Shown piece by piece: positions 48,057-56,357 of a stretch of 64,000 nucleotides of DNA. The stretch is taken from positions 4,297-68,296 of the forward strand of contig JAKOVY010000031.1 in assembly GCA_029781825.1 (NCBI GenBank). The letters are read 5' to 3'. The notes under the pieces were generated by a model. It had not been told where the DNA came from and searched no databases. It saw only the letters and a program-made list of their open reading frames with translations. This DNA comes from Bacillota bacterium. Its GTDB lineage: Bacteria > Bacillota > Syntrophomonadia > Syntrophomonadales > DTU052. The position numbers were made by a program, and so were the translations under genes. Positions within the stretch are counted from its first letter, which is position 1. Every line of letters starts with the position of its first letter.

Positions 48057-49310
48057 TTATAGGGAGCCGTCTCCATACTGAACCGGCGAACGCACATAGT
48101 CCATGCCGGCCCGTCCGGGATGAGGCTGGATTAATGCGTGGAGATCGGTGGCCAGGAAATCATAAGATATCATCTGCGACAAGAGGGGAGTATCGTACTG
48201 TCGGAGTTTACCAGTTTTTGTGATAACAGGCACTGCTGAAATCGCTTTCATGTCGTGCAGGATTTTTTGTCCCTGTGGAGAAAAACCTAAAAGGCGAAGG
48301 TATTGCGGTCCATTTGCATCGAAAATTGCGGCTATGTCCTTGGTGAAATTCAGCAGGACGTAGAGCAAAATGCGGCTGATCCGCGTATAGCTGTAACGGC
48401 GAGTTTTGACAGCTGCGATTAGTTCCTCGCGGGAGCTGCATAAAGGTGCCAGCTTATGGATTCTGTTTTCCAGTCCTTCGCTGACATCGTAGATTTGACT
48501 TAAATCATGAAGGCCCATGCGGCTTAGTGAATAGCGGATCAGATTAAACATGGAGTGAGCGGTTACAGGACCTGAGCCGGTACTGAACTCTCGTTCCAGG
48601 ATTTCTTTTGTGAATGCCGGCAGCCCCTTGATCTCTGCAAGCGGACGCTTGTTTTCAATTTCGTTGCGGATGGCGGTGGCGCTGGCGAATTCGGCATTGC
48701 CATTCTGGTGGTATCCCAGCCCCACCCGGGGAACCGTTATCGGTATCAGGGTTGATTCTTCCGCCAGCATGGCGCGCAAATACTCGACGGCCAGGATGTT
48801 GTTGGGAAGGCTCAGTATCCGGTGCCAGTCATGGCCTGGAACTGTTTCGCTGGTGCGGATATATTCATCAAATGCATTGGAGCGGGCTTGTGGATAGGAA
48901 ATACCTTTCCGAAGCTGCGTTTTTAGGAGATCAACAAACTCCTGGGGCTCCTGGTGGAGGATTTTGGCTACCTCCTGTAAAGGTTTTATCTCTCCCAACT
49001 CGCTCCCAAAACTGATGTGAGTGGTTATACCGGTTTTTTGGAGCAGGGAGACCCCTCCACGGGCGAAATGGTAAGCACTGCGGGCCGCGAATACAAAAGG
49101 CAACTCAAAAACCAGATCCGCTCCTGCCTTAAGCGCCATCTCAGCCCGAGCCCATTTGTTGACCAGGGCGGGTTCACCTCTCTGGGTAAAACTGCCGCTC
49201 ATAACGCAGATAACACCGCGGGCGCCGGTTAAACGGCGCGAGGTCTTAATGTGATGAAGATGACCGTTATGTAAAGGGTTATATTCGGCTATAATCCCGA
49301 CTATCGGCAT
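48057..49310 (-). CDS. tmcAL: tRNA(Met) cytidine acetate ligase TmcAL (YlbM/UPF0348)
   Basis: Has the N-terminus MPIVGIIAEYNPLHNGHLHH. ATG 49310 is preceded by AGGGGGA. Confidence 0.85.
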   Translation of the reverse strand: MPIVGIIAEYNPLHNGHLHHIKTSRRLTGARGVICVMSGSFTQRGEPALVNKWARAEMALKAGADLVFELPFVFAARSAYHFARGGVSLLQKTGITTHISFGSELGEIKPLQEVAKILHQEPQEFVDLLKTQLRKGISYPQARSNAFDEYIRTSETVPGHDWHRILSLPNNILAVEYLRAMLAEESTLIPITVPRVGLGYHQNGNAEFASATAIRNEIENKRPLAEIKGLPAFTKEILEREFSTGSGPVTAHSMFNLIRYSLSRMGLHDLSQIYDVSEGLENRIHKLAPLCSSREELIAAVKTRRYSYTRISRILLYVLLNFTKDIAAIFDANGPQYLRLLGFSPQGQKILHDMKAISAVPVITKTGKLRQYDTPLLSQMISYDFLATDLHALIQPHPGRAGMDYVRSPVQYGDGSL

Positions 49311-49461
49311 ATTTATCCCCCTGGGGGCGAGATAAATTAATTCTAGCACAATAATACCAGTATTTATTTTCCTTACCCACAGCTTGTGATAATATTAGCA
49401 ATGGATGAGAGGGGCTGTAGGCCAGGGGTGCCTGGCAGATAATAAAGAATAAAGGAGGCAA

Positions 49462-50463
49462 TTGATTAGGATGACCCTGCTTGAACAGATCAGACAAAAG
49501 GCCCAGGAGAAATTCAAAACCATTGTTCTGCCGGAAGGAACGGAAGAGCGAACATTAAAGGCGGTGGAAACCTTAATCAAGGAGAAAATCGCCAATCCTA
49601 TCCTGCTTGGGGATGAAGAGGCTGTTAAAGCCAAAGCCCAGCAGGTGGGTGCCGACATCAGTGGAGTAGAGATCGTTAACCCAGCTAAAGCCCCGTACTA
49701 TAATGAGTTTGTTGAGTCGTTCTACGAGATGAGAAAATCAAAGGGTATGACTCCGGAAAAGGCTCAACAGCTCATGCTCGATCCCCTGTACTTTGCATCA
49801 ATGATGGTAAAGAGCGGCAAAGCTGACGGTGAAGTGGCCGGAGCCATCAATACCACTGGTGATGTACTTAGACCCGCCCTGCAGATCATCAGAACTGCCC
49901 CCGGAATATCGGCAGTTTCCGGAGCATTTATTATGATTGTTCCCAACTGCGACCTGGGTTACAACGGCATCATGGTCTTTGCGGACTGCGCGGTTACCCC
50001 CAATCCTACCGCGGAACAACTGGCCGAGTTTGCCTATGCTTCAGCCGAAACCGCGCGCAGCCTGTGCGGAATTGAAGAACCGATTGTCGGGATGCTGTCT
50101 TTCTCCACCAAGGGCAGTGCCAGCCACGAGCTGGTTGACAAAGTCATCCAGGCTACTGAATTGGCCAAGTCCAGATGGCCTGAACTGAAGGTGGATGGAG
50201 AGTTCCAGGCCGATGCAGCTCTGGTTCCCAAAGTAGGACAATCCAAAGCCCCTGGCAGCACTGTGGCCGGTAAGTGCAACGTCCTGGTATTCCCGGATCT
50301 TCAGGCTGGAAACATTGGATACAAATTGGTACAGAGGCTGGCAAAAGCCGAAGCTATCGGTCCGATCCTTCAGGGTATGGATAAGCCGGTTAATGATCTC
50401 TCCCGCGGCTGCAGCGTAGAGGACATCATTAATGTGGTGGCTATGACGGCGGTTAGAGCGTAG
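49462..50463 (+). CDS. pta: Phosphate acetyltransferase
   Basis: Carries IVLPEGTEERTLKA and SFSTKGSA plus the C-terminal PVNDLSRGCS. The start is TTG 49462 or ATG 49471. Confidence 0.92.
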   Translation: MIRMTLLEQIRQKAQEKFKTIVLPEGTEERTLKAVETLIKEKIANPILLGDEEAVKAKAQQVGADISGVEIVNPAKAPYYNEFVESFYEMRKSKGMTPEKAQQLMLDPLYFASMMVKSGKADGEVAGAINTTGDVLRPALQIIRTAPGISAVSGAFIMIVPNCDLGYNGIMVFADCAVTPNPTAEQLAEFAYASAETARSLCGIEEPIVGMLSFSTKGSASHELVDKVIQATELAKSRWPELKVDGEFQADAALVPKVGQSKAPGSTVAGKCNVLVFPDLQAGNIGYKLVQRLAKAEAIGPILQGMDKPVNDLSRGCSVEDIINVVAMTAVRA

Positions 50464-50551
50464 TTTACTTACCCTCCTGGCTGTCGTTACACGAAATAAT
50501 AAGATAAAAAGTTTTGGGGCGTTATACGATATTGAGGAGGTTATTGGAAGG

Positions 50552-51748
50552 ATGAAAGTATTAGTAGTAAACTGTGGCAGTTCTTCAATCAAGTATCAGG
50601 TATTTGATATGACCGATGAAACTGTTCTGGCGAAAGGCTTGCTCGACCGGGTCGGTATACCGGGGACGGTATTAAAACATGAGCCTGCAGGAAAGGACCA
50701 GGTTGTTATTAAAAAGGACCTTCCCGACCATACCGAGGGGATGAAGCTGGTACTCGAGGTACTGGTAAATCCGGAATACGGTGTAATCAAGGATATGGCT
50801 GATATAAGCGCAGTCGGCCACCGGGTCGTGCATGGTGGAGAGCAGTTTGCCGACTCTACAGTAATAGATGATAAAGTAAAACAGGTAATTCGGGAATGCT
50901 TCGACATTGCTCCCCTGCACAATCCCCCCAACCTCATGGGGATCGAGGCCTGCCAGGAACTGATGCCGAATGTACCGCATGTGGCGGTATTTGACACCGC
51001 GTTCCACCAGTCCATGAGGCCGGAAAACTTCATGTACGCTCTGCCTTATGATGTTTATGAGAAGTATAAAGTGAGAAGATACGGTTTCCATGGTACCTCT
51101 CACTACTATGTATCCCACCGGGCGGCTGAAATGCTGGGCAAGCCCTTTGAACAGTGCAAGATCATTACTCTGCACCTGGGCAACGGAGCAAGTATGGCAG
51201 CCATTAAGGATGGTCGGGTAATTGATACATCCATGGGATTTACCCCGCTCGAGGGTCTGGTAATGGGTACCCGTTGCGGTGATATTGACCCGGCAATCGT
51301 GTTCTACCTCATGGAGAAATTGAACATGAACGCCGATGAGGCCAACAGTTACTTCAACAAGAAGTCGGGTATGCTCGGGCTGTCCGGGGTATCAAACGAC
51401 CTGCGTGACGTTATCGAAGCCGCTGCTTCCGGTAACAAGCGTGCTCAGCTGGCTCTGGACGTTTACCATACCCGGGTAAAGAGCTATATCGGCAATTATA
51501 TCGCCCAGCTGAACGGGTGTGACTGTCTGGCGTTTACCGCCGGCGTCGGCGAAAACGGTATTGACACCCGCGAAGCGATCTGTAAAGACCTCGATTATCT
51601 CGGAATTAAATTGGATCCGGTCAAGAACAAGGTCCGGGGCAAAGAAGCGGATGTTGCCGCCGATGATTCCAAGGTCCGGATCTTCGTTATTCCCACCAAC
51701 GAAGAGTTGGTCATCGCCCGGGATACCAAACGCCTGTCACAGTTATAG
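50552..51748 (+). CDS. ackA: Acetate kinase
   Basis: Carries MKVLVVNCGSSSIKYQ, HRVVHGG and RRYGFHGTSH. Confidence 0.94.
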   Translation: MKVLVVNCGSSSIKYQVFDMTDETVLAKGLLDRVGIPGTVLKHEPAGKDQVVIKKDLPDHTEGMKLVLEVLVNPEYGVIKDMADISAVGHRVVHGGEQFADSTVIDDKVKQVIRECFDIAPLHNPPNLMGIEACQELMPNVPHVAVFDTAFHQSMRPENFMYALPYDVYEKYKVRRYGFHGTSHYYVSHRAAEMLGKPFEQCKIITLHLGNGASMAAIKDGRVIDTSMGFTPLEGLVMGTRCGDIDPAIVFYLMEKLNMNADEANSYFNKKSGMLGLSGVSNDLRDVIEAAASGNKRAQLALDVYHTRVKSYIGNYIAQLNGCDCLAFTAGVGENGIDTREAICKDLDYLGIKLDPVKNKVRGKEADVAADDSKVRIFVIPTNEELVIARDTKRLSQL

Positions 51749-51749
51749 A

Positions 51750-51783
51750 AAAAAAGGGCGGGCGTTTGCCCGCCTTTTTTTTT
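51750..51783 (+). terminator. Rho-independent terminator after ackA
   Basis: AAAAAAGGGCGGGC-gttt-GCCCGCC followed by TTTTTTTTT. Confidence 0.85.
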
Positions 51784-52026
51784 GAACGCCCTTGGCACCG
51801 GTGCCGGTTGGCAGGTGATGGTCCCAAATTCCAGGTTGACCGCACCAGGAAGAGTGGAAGTCCGGAGCAAGGTCGGGGGACGCGACTCATCCCGTCCCAT
51901 ACCGCAAGGACAGTTTCTCTGAGAGACCGGTTCAGCTTAAAGGTAAAGGCTGGCAAAAGCGAAGGATGCCGGTAGGAACAGGCATTGAGCAAGCAGCGAC
52001 GCCCTTGGTATCTTAACAGGGCTTTC

Positions 52027-52071
52027 TTGACAATAATAAGAATGCCAGACTATAATGAATCTGGCATTTTT
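52027..52071 (+). promoter_or_regulatory. Overlapping promoter (TTGACA-18 nt-TATAAT) and terminator-like hairpin upstream of yceD-rpmF
   Basis: -35 at 52027-52032 and -10 at 52051-52056. The 8-bp stem ATGCCAGA (52042-52049) / TCTGGCAT (52060-52067) encloses the -10 and is followed by TTTTT. Confidence 0.5.
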
Positions 52072-52086
52072 ACCGGGGTGTTAGGA

Positions 52087-52602
52087 ATGAATATCGATTT
52101 ATCCTGGCTTCGGCTCCATCCCAAAGACGTCGAGGTTTTTCACCTCGAAAAGCAATATGAAGACGTTGAGATTGCAAAGGATGTTCACCTTCTGGACCAG
52201 GTAGCCGTAGATCTGGAAGTGGCCAACACCGGCAGGCTGATGGTAGGGAAAGGTGAAATCCGCGCGAATCTGGAATTACAGTGTGATCGCTGCCTTAAAC
52301 CATACCGGCATCAGATAAAGCTGCCATTTAACGTGGAATTCTGTCCCGAAGAGAATCGCAGCTATTTTAAAGACGATGAAACCTTTGTGTATTTTTCCGA
52401 ACCTCAGGTGGATATTGAACCTGTTGTAATCGAGAACATCGTGCTGAGCTTACCATTGAGGTCCCTCTGTTCTCCGGATTGTAAAGGCTTATGTTACATT
52501 TGCGGCCAGGAACTGAATCTGGCGGAATGTAATTGTCAGGAGAAAGAAATCGATCCAAGATGGGAAGCACTGAAGAAAATACTGAATGGGGAAGGAGGGT
52601 AA
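52087..52602 (+). CDS. DUF177 protein YceD/YlbN (large-subunit rRNA/ribosome accumulation factor)
   Basis: Has C-terminal Cys pairs (CSPDCKGLCYICG...CNC). It sits immediately upstream of rpmF, as in most bacteria. Confidence 0.85.
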   Translation: MNIDLSWLRLHPKDVEVFHLEKQYEDVEIAKDVHLLDQVAVDLEVANTGRLMVGKGEIRANLELQCDRCLKPYRHQIKLPFNVEFCPEENRSYFKDDETFVYFSEPQVDIEPVVIENIVLSLPLRSLCSPDCKGLCYICGQELNLAECNCQEKEIDPRWEALKKILNGEGG

Positions 52603-52605
52603 TAA

Positions 52606-52779
52606 ATGGGAGTACCTAAGAGAAGGCAATCCAAGTCCCGCAAAAACATGCGTCGTTCTATCTGGGCCAAACTCGAAAGCCCCGGTTTGGTTGAGTGTCC
52701 GCAGTGCCATGACTTGAAATTGCCCCATCGAGTATGCCAAAAATGCGGATATTATAAAGGAAGAGAAGTTACCAATTAG
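52606..52779 (+). CDS. rpmF: 50S ribosomal protein L32
   Basis: 57-aa ORF, too short for the ORF track: MGVPKRRQSKSRKNMRRSIWAKLESPGLVECPQCHDLKLPHRVCQKCGYYKGREVTN. ATG lies 4 nt after the yceD stop. Confidence 0.93.
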   Translation: MGVPKRRQSKSRKNMRRSIWAKLESPGLVECPQCHDLKLPHRVCQKCGYYKGREVTN

Positions 52780-52852
52780 TTTACCCAACAAGGAAAGTAA
52801 GGTAAGAGTCGTTCCGGGCTGTTAGCTTACTTTTTATTTAAGGGGGGTCGGG

Positions 52853-53809
52853 ATGAGGATTGCAGTAGATGCTATGGGCGGCGACTATGCCCCGCGTGAG
52901 ATTGTAAAAGGGTGTGTTAAAGCTGCCGGTTTAATGAGTGACGTTGAACTGATAATGGTGGGCGATCAGGGGGTGCTGGAGGAAGAACTTCGTCAGTGCG
53001 GTTGGACGGGAGAAGGTATTAAAATCCATCATGCCAGCCAGGTGATCGAAATGAATGAGCACCCGGCACTGGCATTGAGAAAGAAAAAAGATTCGTCCAT
53101 AATGGTTGCTACCATGCTGGTTAAAGCCGGACAGGCTGAGGCCGTGGTATCATGCGGCAACACCGGCGCCCAAATGGCAGCCGCACTGTTTGCGTGGGGA
53201 TGCTTTGAGGGTATTGACCGGCCGGCTATCGGCACGCTTATTCCTCGGTATAACGGCCATACGGTTCTCTTGGATGTGGGGGCCAATGTGGATGTTAAGG
53301 CCGAGCAGTTGGTGCAGTTTGCCTTGATGGGGAAGGCTTACGCCCAGACCGCTCTTGGGGTCGAGAATCCCCGGGTTGGGTTGCTCAGCAACGGGGAAGA
53401 GGAGACCAAGGGGAATCAGGTCACACTCGCCGCTTATGCCAGGCTTAAGGACCTGACCGGGTTGAACTTTGTCGGCAATGTGGAAGGAAGAGACCTGTTT
53501 ACGGGGCGCGCCGACGTGGTGGTATGTGATGGCTTTTTCGGGAATACAATAATTAAGGTTATGGAAGGCCTGATGGGCGAGATAATGAAACTCCTGCAGG
53601 ACGCCGGAATTGATTCTCAGCAGCTGCTGCAGGATTTTGATCACACCCGTATTGGCGGAGCACCGCTCCTGGGGGTCAAAGGAGTAAGCATTGTCTGTCA
53701 TGGGAGCTCACGAGCCGAGGCTGTGTACAACGGGATAGCTCAGGCGGTAAGATGTGTAAACCAGGACATGGTGACCAGCCTCAACCACAGCCTCGCAATG
53801 GCTGGATAA
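52853..53809 (+). CDS. plsX: Phosphate acyltransferase PlsX
   Basis: Carries MRIAVDAMGGDYAP and the full-length family pattern. Confidence 0.93.
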   Translation: MRIAVDAMGGDYAPREIVKGCVKAAGLMSDVELIMVGDQGVLEEELRQCGWTGEGIKIHHASQVIEMNEHPALALRKKKDSSIMVATMLVKAGQAEAVVSCGNTGAQMAAALFAWGCFEGIDRPAIGTLIPRYNGHTVLLDVGANVDVKAEQLVQFALMGKAYAQTALGVENPRVGLLSNGEEETKGNQVTLAAYARLKDLTGLNFVGNVEGRDLFTGRADVVVCDGFFGNTIIKVMEGLMGEIMKLLQDAGIDSQQLLQDFDHTRIGGAPLLGVKGVSIVCHGSSRAEAVYNGIAQAVRCVNQDMVTSLNHSLAMAG

Positions 53810-53861
53810 CTGCAAAACCATGAAATGCAAGGGCTTGATGGCTTAAAGGAGGTGACCTTGA

Positions 53862-54101
53862 GTGGAAGAGTTTTTTGAGCAAGCACGAAAAATTCTTGCT
53901 GAACAGTTGGGTATGGATCCCGAACTGATTACCTGGGACACTACTTTTGAAGAAATCGATGCCGATTCGATCGATATTGTAGAAATGTTGATGGCTTTGG
54001 AAGACATATATGATGTGGAGTTTCCGGAGGATAATCTGGAGGATTACAAAACCATGGGTTCATTGATTAAGGCCCTCTACCAGGTGATAAGTGCCAAGTA
54101 A
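53862..54101 (+). CDS. acpP: Acyl carrier protein
   Basis: 79 aa with the phosphopantetheine site IDADSIDIVEMLMALED. GTG start after AAGGAGGTGA. Confidence 0.9.
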   Translation: MEEFFEQARKILAEQLGMDPELITWDTTFEEIDADSIDIVEMLMALEDIYDVEFPEDNLEDYKTMGSLIKALYQVISAK

Positions 54102-54111
54102 GGGGTGACAC

Positions 54112-54795
54112 ATGACTGAAACGGCAAAAGCTTTTGCGGAAGCAAACCAAATAACAGTAAACGACCTGAACCTTTTGGCTACTGCGTTAACGCATCCCTC
54201 CTATGCCCAGGAACAGGGGATGACGGAGAACAATCAGCGCCTGGAATTCCTGGGTGACGCAGTTCTGAACCTGGTGGTGGCAAAGTATCTTTACATAGCG
54301 TATCCCAACCAACCGGAAGGCGTTTTGACCAAGATAAGGGCCAAGGTTGTTTGTGAGCGTTACCTGGCCAAGTTTGCCCGTGCGTTAAATTTGGGAGATT
54401 ATCTGATCCTGGGACGAGGAGAGGAGAACTCAGGGGGACGAAACCGCAATTCCATCCTGGCTGACGCCCTGGAAGCGGTGATCGGTGTCCTATTTCTTGA
54501 TCAGGGACTGGAATACACCGAATCATTTGTTTTAGGAAACATGCAGAAGGATATTGATGCGGTCGCTGATGGGGACTTTTATGATTTCAAATCCCGTCTG
54601 CAGGAACTGGTTCAGAGCATGGGCCGAGAGAACGTTACCTACAACATAATTAAGGAGACCGGACCAGCCCACGACCGGACTTTTGTGGCCGGCGTTTCCT
54701 TTAAATCGCGCTTGTTGGCGACCGGAACCGGAAAGACCAAAAAAGAGGCGGAGCAAAGGGCTGCGGAGCAGGCATTAAAGGAATTTAACAAGTGA
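54112..54795 (+). CDS. rnc: Ribonuclease III
   Basis: Carries the signature NQRLEFLGDAVL and a C-terminal dsRBD (GPAHDRTF...GTGKTKKEAEQRAAEQAL). Confidence 0.94.
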   Translation: MTETAKAFAEANQITVNDLNLLATALTHPSYAQEQGMTENNQRLEFLGDAVLNLVVAKYLYIAYPNQPEGVLTKIRAKVVCERYLAKFARALNLGDYLILGRGEENSGGRNRNSILADALEAVIGVLFLDQGLEYTESFVLGNMQKDIDAVADGDFYDFKSRLQELVQSMGRENVTYNIIKETGPAHDRTFVAGVSFKSRLLATGTGKTKKEAEQRAAEQALKEFNK

Positions 54796-55868
54796 AAGAT
54801 CACGTGATTATAAGTTTTTTCATACCCCACCTTGGTTGTACCTCCAATTGTGTTTTCTGTAACCAGAATACCATTACCGGATACCGGTCAAGTCCTGACT
54901 GCCGGATGGTGGGTCGGGTGATTGAAGAACGCTTGCGGAGCCTGCCACCCGGTGTGCAGTGTGAAGTGGCCTTTTACGGTGGAAGTTTTACGGCACTTCC
55001 CTGGACTCAGCAGCGATCGTATTTAGAGGCGGTCCAGCCGTTTATTGAGAGAGGCGACATAAAGGGTATCAGGGTATCCACCAGACCGGACGCCGTTGAT
55101 GAGCCGGTGGTAAACAGTTTGATGGGTTACGGTGTGCGAACCATTGAGCTGGGCGTGCAGTCACTGGACCGGGAGGTGCTCAAAGCCTCGGGGCGCAATT
55201 ACGATGCTTCACTGGTGGAAGACGTATCCCTCTTGATTAAAGATAAAGGGTTGAGCCTTGGACATCAGTTGATGATCGGCCTGCCTGCTTCGGACCTGGC
55301 AAAAGAACTGGAAACAGCCGAACGGGTGATTCGCATCGGCCCTGACATGGTTAGAATCTACCCGACGCTGGTCCTGAAAGGAACAGCGCTGGCCAGGCTC
55401 TACCGGGAGGGCCGTTATCATCCCTTGAGTCTGCGGGAAGCGGTGGAGACGGCTCTTTTGATGTTGACCCAATTTGAAAAAGCTGGTATAAAGGTAATTA
55501 GATTGGGCTTACAGCCAACTCCTGAGCTTGAAAAATCAGGGGAATTGTTAGCCGGGCCGTTTCATCCCAGCTTTGGAGAACTGGTTCAGTCCGAAATGTT
55601 CAAGTGGCAAGCAATGCTGCTGATCGAACGCTTTCGCGAAAGAGAGGTGACAAACCGGCTTAAAATATACGTCGACCGCCGTGACCTTTCCAAGATGATC
55701 GGCCAAAACCGCAGCAACATCCATTTTCTCAAATCCAGATTCGGTTTAGAAAAACTTGGAGTTGTAGGCACGAAAGGGTCAGAACAGGCTTGGGTAGGAG
55801 TCGGACCATGGCATCGGGAGGTTCCCCAGATGGTATTATCGCGGCAAAGCTTTCTAAATCCCGAATAA
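54792..55868 (+). CDS. Radical SAM protein of unknown function (Elp3/HemN-like fold), conserved between rnc and smc in Clostridia
   Basis: Carries the CTSNCVFCNQ (CxxxCxxC) motif near the N-terminus. The GTG start overlaps the rnc stop (GTGA). Confidence 0.75.
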   Translation: MKDHVIISFFIPHLGCTSNCVFCNQNTITGYRSSPDCRMVGRVIEERLRSLPPGVQCEVAFYGGSFTALPWTQQRSYLEAVQPFIERGDIKGIRVSTRPDAVDEPVVNSLMGYGVRTIELGVQSLDREVLKASGRNYDASLVEDVSLLIKDKGLSLGHQLMIGLPASDLAKELETAERVIRIGPDMVRIYPTLVLKGTALARLYREGRYHPLSLREAVETALLMLTQFEKAGIKVIRLGLQPTPELEKSGELLAGPFHPSFGELVQSEMFKWQAMLLIERFREREVTNRLKIYVDRRDLSKMIGQNRSNIHFLKSRFGLEKLGVVGTKGSEQAWVGVGPWHREVPQMVLSRQSFLNPE

Positions 55869-55912
55869 CGATTGGATCCAAATAGCGAATACAGCAGTGA
55901 GGGGGAATAACA

Positions 55913-56173
55913 GTGGAAGTATTGAAGGTATCTGCTGCTTCAAGCCCAAAATCAGTGGCTGGTGCATTGACTGCTGTTTTAAGAGAAAATGGGAGAGCCG
56001 AAGTTCAAGCAGTCGGAGCGGGTGCGGTAAATCAGGCGGTTAAAGCTATTGCGATAACCAGAGGATTTGTAGCCCCCAACGGAATTGACTTAGTGATGAT
56101 TCCGGCATTTGTTGAAATCGATATTGACGGTGAAACCAGAACTGCAATCAAGTTTGCGATTGAGCCCAGATAA
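55913..56173 (+). CDS. spoVS: Stage V sporulation protein S
   Basis: 86 aa: MEVLKVSAASSPKSVAGALTAVLRENGRAEVQAVGAGAVNQAVKAIAI..., highly characteristic of SpoVS. Confidence 0.93.
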   Translation: MEVLKVSAASSPKSVAGALTAVLRENGRAEVQAVGAGAVNQAVKAIAITRGFVAPNGIDLVMIPAFVEIDIDGETRTAIKFAIEPR

Positions 56174-56195
56174 ATACTTAACTGATATTGAAGAA

Positions 56196-56224
56196 GGCTG
56201 CTATAATTTAGCAGTTTTTCTTTT
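56196..56224 (+). terminator. Rho-independent terminator after spoVS
   Basis: GGCTGCT-ataattt-AGCAGTT followed by TTTCTTTT. Confidence 0.6.
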
Positions 56225-56357
56225 GCCTTTTTCGACTGCCGCCACCGTAAAGCGGTACGCATTTGGCGGGCTTTTCAAGTATAATAATTTCCATCAGGTT
56301 GGCATTGGGAACCGCTCATGGTGGTTATACCAAAACTTGTACTTATGGTGATGTTCA

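Noticed and set aside
51784-52020. RNase P RNA, SRP RNA, a cobalamin or TPP riboswitch, or a sigma-54 promoter in the ackA-yceD spacer.
   Set aside because: There are only short chance resemblances: GGAAGUCCGGAGCAAGG, GGUGAUGG..AAAUUCC, CUGAGAGACC and TGGCAC-N5 without TTGC. The segment is too short for RNase P. It lacks the SRP domain IV motif, the B12 box and the TPP ACCUGA element.
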